The notes under the pieces were generated by a model, which searched no databases, was not told the DNA's origin, and was given only the letters and a program-made list of their open reading frames with translations. A stretch of DNA of 64,000 nucleotides, from the IMG/VR virus record IMGVR_UViG_3300018868_001080. One strand, 5' to 3'. This document shows positions 60,801-64,000 of this stretch, piece by piece. The first letter of the stretch is position 1. Each line of letters starts with the position of its first letter. Made by a program: the position numbers and the translations under genes. Origin of the DNA: a virus.

Positions 60801-61322
60801 GTTGACACATACAAAGGGATAATGTCCATGTTTTTCGATGGTGAGCTAGTAGCAAACCAATTTTTTCAAGAAAATAACTTTATATTTAACAACCTTCTCA
60901 AAGAACCATTCTATGCAGGCGCCACACCATCTTTTAATAATAAATCGTTGGCTACTAGATTGAAACAGCGCAACACTTTCTTCGCCAACAACACCAAGTT
61001 AAAGAACATATACCTGTACAAGAAGCCACTGGATTACTACCAAATTGGTCTGCATGTTAAACAGGCATTAGACTTGTACCCTATTAACTTTGATTTACCA
61101 TCTGGTCGTCGCAACATTCTGGATGAAATAGAACACGTCTTTAAGAACAAGATGCCAGGATTCAAGACAGGCATTTTTGATTTGGAAGTTAAAAACACTG
61201 GAATAACAGATCTCGTGATAAAGAATACTCTGGAAAAACAAATCAAGCAAACCCTGGCAGGTTGCATACCCTCATATACAAAATTAAGAAACATTATATG
61301 GAAAGAAACAGATGCAAGCTAA
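57894..61322 (+). CDS. Large virion protein, split LamG/ConA-like domain with propeller insert
   Basis: FDG....., FTLNFYM, GYHHVSV.VD...G.MSMFFDG, Y.KPL. Confidence 0.7.
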   Translation: MEIRPLNKTTFPSLRLSYDLDPTLNVSSDNFENEQNLDILLSNFLNNARDESSNKYSNFYLTDRVNLSKNIEFKELANPEVEILTTWLASDADKQLNTKTDFWTVGNDIAGATTLQDVAASGIFVSIDNTYIFDIQLLNEKICRVGHTYNNYTRYLTINYLNATGNSFFCLDNGQDPFDANSTQSFCYLYDRKNDFIVLYKLINDVAHIVYTFETTKDISLSVPLTSDDFGFTNDQIYRCRARFESATKPIVDSMWVQYEKNFKNNKLTIDDRPAPLNLFCPSYASIDTNFLINTEYYNLSGNTLPINILTLKNTTTPNNYQSKNNPFSVREPDIQQRQYRKLFTGTNQVGGHDNIKLGYETFTSQRIFEPDKLTYFHAPQDFFPYLQLNVQDTGLIESGAMAGNHPLRSDKIFKKKAGYKYTSPFGDTSSEQNGSFLCAWLSGSDNITNRPVWVDRYYFPDQTNYLAAMTAATNPFINYTSETQGLRNELPFIKQVVVDIPSRLAFEPGTLYAYHHIGKNTINQLISNLNYVLFEKNLTTYTNTTYDMLTGQPIDNEQLEYMFDGNRYGSTTRVADGADNNFNEFTLNFYMHVNDWQSNFSNEIVGNYVNDGFGVYNTNYVTPFITLLSPSAVNIFNTDGVLADSKSFNAKVNNIFKYDQCEDYFVVKADNSIARVNTDSVVLDTYNFGNIGNSRSIYTFNDNLAFVLTGNASSSFYCINTDTGGLSGYNQTPYLYDAANIIDFTNTGFLNILTHNKQIYILQGYSPQILGNNIYFSWDNFIWQYNTITKERYSAYKFNTLIDFNIDFDGNLWALHDTNKVSRLDTTVEKNVLFTKTLDLSGTLSNIDLLSYFEGNSYKKEMLVYSRLSGANAALRMDKLQYDGAVAMTTLLPSYLSASTTDSNNITSKTDTTGGDYARYYVREQYSAHNLSAKIRLRNVYNYGKTEKIDLKFDLSAVDVGYHHVSVRVDTYKGIMSMFFDGELVANQFFQENNFIFNNLLKEPFYAGATPSFNNKSLATRLKQRNTFFANNTKLKNIYLYKKPLDYYQIGLHVKQALDLYPINFDLPSGRRNILDEIEHVFKNKMPGFKTGIFDLEVKNTGITDLVIKNTLEKQIKQTLAGCIPSYTKLRNIIWKETDAS

Positions 61323-63039
61323 AGAAATAACAAAACTATACAACTACGAGTATGATCGATCACTTGGTGTGCCTAATGCCATGCCTTACAGTTTGGAATC
61401 TATTTTAATACCCAACAATGAAACAGCATACCACGCAACCATCAATGAAGTGTATGCCAAGCTGCAAGCAAATTTAATATACCTATACTCTCTTACCAAA
61501 CTAGCAGACAACAACATACCTGTAGACTATGCAAAAATAGCATCTGGGACACCCACAGCTTTTTATGCAGCGTCTGGAGCCTTCAAATGGATTTCCACAG
61601 ATGCCATAACATCCAATCAATCCAAACCATTGTCAAGCTATGGCTTGCCTCAGCTTGACAAGCTCAATGATGGCAAATTCTATGACCGTCAGGTTGATAG
61701 CTTGGAAAATAATGTGGGGTTCTTCGTTTCTGATAGTTTCATATATGCATTAACATCCAATTATACCAACAATACCATTGGTGTGCTAATATCAGCAAAC
61801 AGAGTCACAGAAACCTCCAACGCCACATTTTCAAAACTTAATTCCATAGCTTTTGATGGTGCAACTTTTGTGTATGTCGCAGATGGTGCACAAGATTCCA
61901 TATACAAGTACAATATTTCCAATCTATTTCTGGAGGATAATATAATTGGTAGAAAGATTTTGTATGTTGACAGCCTGGGTGGAACAGGCACATACCAAGA
62001 CACAAGCAAATTTAATAACCCCTCTTTCATTAACATATACAAAACGAACCTGTATGTGGTAGATAAAGCAAATTACTGCATAAAAGTATTTGACAGCAAT
62101 CTCAATTGGAAGACAACATACCGGAGAAAGGCATTGTTTGCACAAAATAATGTTACAGCTTTTAGAGTCAACCCATACAATGATTTGCTCTATTTTGGCT
62201 TTGAAAACAAATTTACAATCTTAACACCAGATTTAACGATGCCACCACCACCTGAATCACCAGCCATACTCAATCTTAACCTACCATACGATGCACAGAG
62301 AGTCACCAACTCAAACATTGATGTAAATGATGCAACCATGTATAGTTTGTCGTCATTTCTTCTATCTGGTGAAAATATTGTTGATTTTAGTTTCTCAAAA
62401 ATAGATAAAAATATTTTCTATATTATCACTAACAAGAACATATACAAAAGATTTGTAAGCAAACCAGATGTGCAGATTGGCCAGTTTCAACTGGCCAGGG
62501 ACAATACATATGTGGATAATTTTAAATTCAGTTATGTTGAAACATATGATGACAACACTGATAATCTTACCGTTTACGGAAACAGAAATAATGCAGGCAT
62601 CTTCTATTCTTTTCTGGAAGATTCAAACTACACATCAATATTGACTAACAATGATCTGGATTTCTATACAATACAAGAGATTAGAATAAACCCTGAAGAG
62701 TATTCACAGGATTGGGTATTTTCCAAGGCCAATCACAAAATTTTGCTCAATATACTCACCATGCGGGATCGAATTGTGAAGAGATTTGCTGGTCAATATG
62801 ATAATGATGGTAACTTGTTGTTCTTTGGTACCCTGTACCTGATTGACCAAGAGGTACAAAAGGAACAGTTTGATTTATCATTAAATTATTTTGTCGGAAT
62901 CAATGAAATGTTCACTAATTCTGTTATGAACAGAAGTATCAGCAAATTATATAGCTTGCAAACACAAATGTTGAGTGTACTGAGAGATGCAGCAGTAAAT
63001 GTGTACCCACCTCTTACATCCATCAAGGTGGTTTCTTAA
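61312..63039 (+). CDS. NHL-repeat virion protein
   Basis: VYVADG...IYKY, GG.G....KFNNP, LYVVD..N..IKVFD. Confidence 0.75.
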   Translation: MQAKEITKLYNYEYDRSLGVPNAMPYSLESILIPNNETAYHATINEVYAKLQANLIYLYSLTKLADNNIPVDYAKIASGTPTAFYAASGAFKWISTDAITSNQSKPLSSYGLPQLDKLNDGKFYDRQVDSLENNVGFFVSDSFIYALTSNYTNNTIGVLISANRVTETSNATFSKLNSIAFDGATFVYVADGAQDSIYKYNISNLFLEDNIIGRKILYVDSLGGTGTYQDTSKFNNPSFINIYKTNLYVVDKANYCIKVFDSNLNWKTTYRRKALFAQNNVTAFRVNPYNDLLYFGFENKFTILTPDLTMPPPPESPAILNLNLPYDAQRVTNSNIDVNDATMYSLSSFLLSGENIVDFSFSKIDKNIFYIITNKNIYKRFVSKPDVQIGQFQLARDNTYVDNFKFSYVETYDDNTDNLTVYGNRNNAGIFYSFLEDSNYTSILTNNDLDFYTIQEIRINPEEYSQDWVFSKANHKILLNILTMRDRIVKRFAGQYDNDGNLLFFGTLYLIDQEVQKEQFDLSLNYFVGINEMFTNSVMNRSISKLYSLQTQMLSVLRDAAVNVYPPLTSIKVVS

Positions 63040-63042
63040 ATT

Positions 63043-63061
63043 TTTACGTTTAAAACGTAAA
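63043..63061. promoter_or_regulatory. Intergenic inverted repeat TTTACGTTT-A-AAACGTAAA (operator or weak terminator)
   Basis: Perfect 9-bp arms, 8 nt upstream of a TAAATA motif. Confidence 0.45.
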
Positions 63062-63080
63062 TCTATTGATAAATACATGT

Positions 63081-63338
63081 ATGGCTGGAAATGCACGATT
63101 TCATAACAAGTACCACAGGGCCAATCACCATACTACTCCCTCTGGAGCAATACCTGACAGTGGCTCAGACCCCATAGCATCACCACAATATCCATTTCAA
63201 GGCAACTTCGTTATTAACGGTGTGCTTTCAGCTAGTGGTGGGTTAACGATGCAAGGCCTATCCGGTATTAATTATTCAGCTACCATTAACGCTTTAACCT
63301 GGACAGGGAAAAATGGAGTGTTGGTGAGCGTGGTATAA
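63081..63338 (+). CDS. Small virion protein (MAGNARFHNKYHRANHHT...)
   Basis: ATG 5 nt after TAAATA; His-rich N-terminus. Confidence 0.7.
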   Translation: MAGNARFHNKYHRANHHTTPSGAIPDSGSDPIASPQYPFQGNFVINGVLSASGGLTMQGLSGINYSATINALTWTGKNGVLVSVV

Positions 63339-63342
63339 TAAC

Positions 63343-64000
63343 ATGGCAGACATAAGCATAGTAAAGATTAAAGTTCGTAGAGGCACAGACTCTGACAGAA
63401 TCCGTGTGATTCTGGATGAAGGAGAATTGGGGTTCACAACTGACACCAAGCGCTTGTTTGTGGGTGATGGTAATACTCTGGGTGGGGTGAACATTGCTAA
63501 TAAATTTTTAGGCAGAGGACTAAGAGGATCGTTTGGTACTGCTCTTGTTGGTGATACAGTGTATGACGTTTTACAAAACAACATGTTTGGACTAACGGCT
63601 ACACCACCTTCTCTTTCTGCTAATTGGGCGAATTTAGGACCACAGACAGACGATGTTACACTTCAGTACAGAGGCACACCCAACAAGCTTAGCATCATAG
63701 ATCATGCCATCACACGTGTGCAGTTGAATGCAGCAGACATTGTGTACTCAGGATTATCTGCTACAGGTGACAGCCAAATCCTACTTGACCTCGATCAAAA
63801 CACTCTCAAATTTAATGGTAATAAAGTGTATGTGGACACCACTGTAATATCCATGTCTAGTCTCAAATCCACACCTGTTGGTTTGGCGACTACTGGCTTG
63901 AAGTGGGATGGGCTGTATATAGTACCAGGAGCAGCAGCACTTGCAACAGACGCCACATACCTATCATTACCATCAAATTCCCTGTTCATTCTGAATGAAC
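63343..64000 (+). CDS. Tail fibre protein with Mtd-N/hyaluronidase-N-like head domain, truncated by the window edge
   Basis: Own translation: MADISIVKIKVRRGTDSDRIRVILDEGELGFTTDTKRLFVGDG; open to the end of the window. Confidence 0.85.
   Translation, partial: MADISIVKIKVRRGTDSDRIRVILDEGELGFTTDTKRLFVGDGNTLGGVNIANKFLGRGLRGSFGTALVGDTVYDVLQNNMFGLTATPPSLSANWANLGPQTDDVTLQYRGTPNKLSIIDHAITRVQLNAADIVYSGLSATGDSQILLDLDQNTLKFNGNKVYVDTTVISMSSLKSTPVGLATTGLKWDGLYIVPGAAALATDATYLSLPSNSLFILNE

Noticed and set aside
1-64000. Stop-codon reassignment
   Set aside because: Core genes are full length in the standard code, and TAA, TGA and TAG all end genes
1-64000. Eukaryotic giant-virus origin suggested by GT60, RFC-like and PCNA-like genes
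   Set aside because: T4-type sheath, tube, baseplate, terminase, gp32, late promoters and bS21 indicate a bacteriophage

Overview
This is 64 kb of an AT-rich, T4-like (myovirus-type) dsDNA phage genome; no rRNA, tRNA, CRISPR array, integrase or transposase was seen. 0.3-17 kb is a replication block: DNA polymerase B, UvsX, gp41 helicase, probable gp59, gp32, gp45 clamp and primase. It also carries a QueC + class-II amidotransferase + glycosyltransferase triplet, a degenerate DHH protein, ribosomal protein bS21, an RmlD-like reductase and an inserted methyltransferase. 17-40.5 kb holds head-associated, terminase, tail and baseplate genes, with dUTPase and the gp44 clamp loader embedded. 40.5-64 kb holds large beta-rich virion/fibre proteins interrupted by a six-gene glycosylation cassette. 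The best candidate for a new system is phage-encoded mucin-type O-glycosylation of the virion: three consecutive virion genes carry Thr/Pro repeats, the first cassette gene resembles GT60 polypeptide O-GlcNAc transferases, and distal virion proteins are strongly enriched in an L-S-[A/G] tripeptide. Other notable signals: promoter-like motifs 5-12 nt before start codons with no Shine-Dalgarno (alongside phage bS21), a nested gene with its own late promoter, and two methyltransferase genes each followed by a duplicate of the upstream gene's 3' end. All calls come from reading motifs by eye; no database searches were run.
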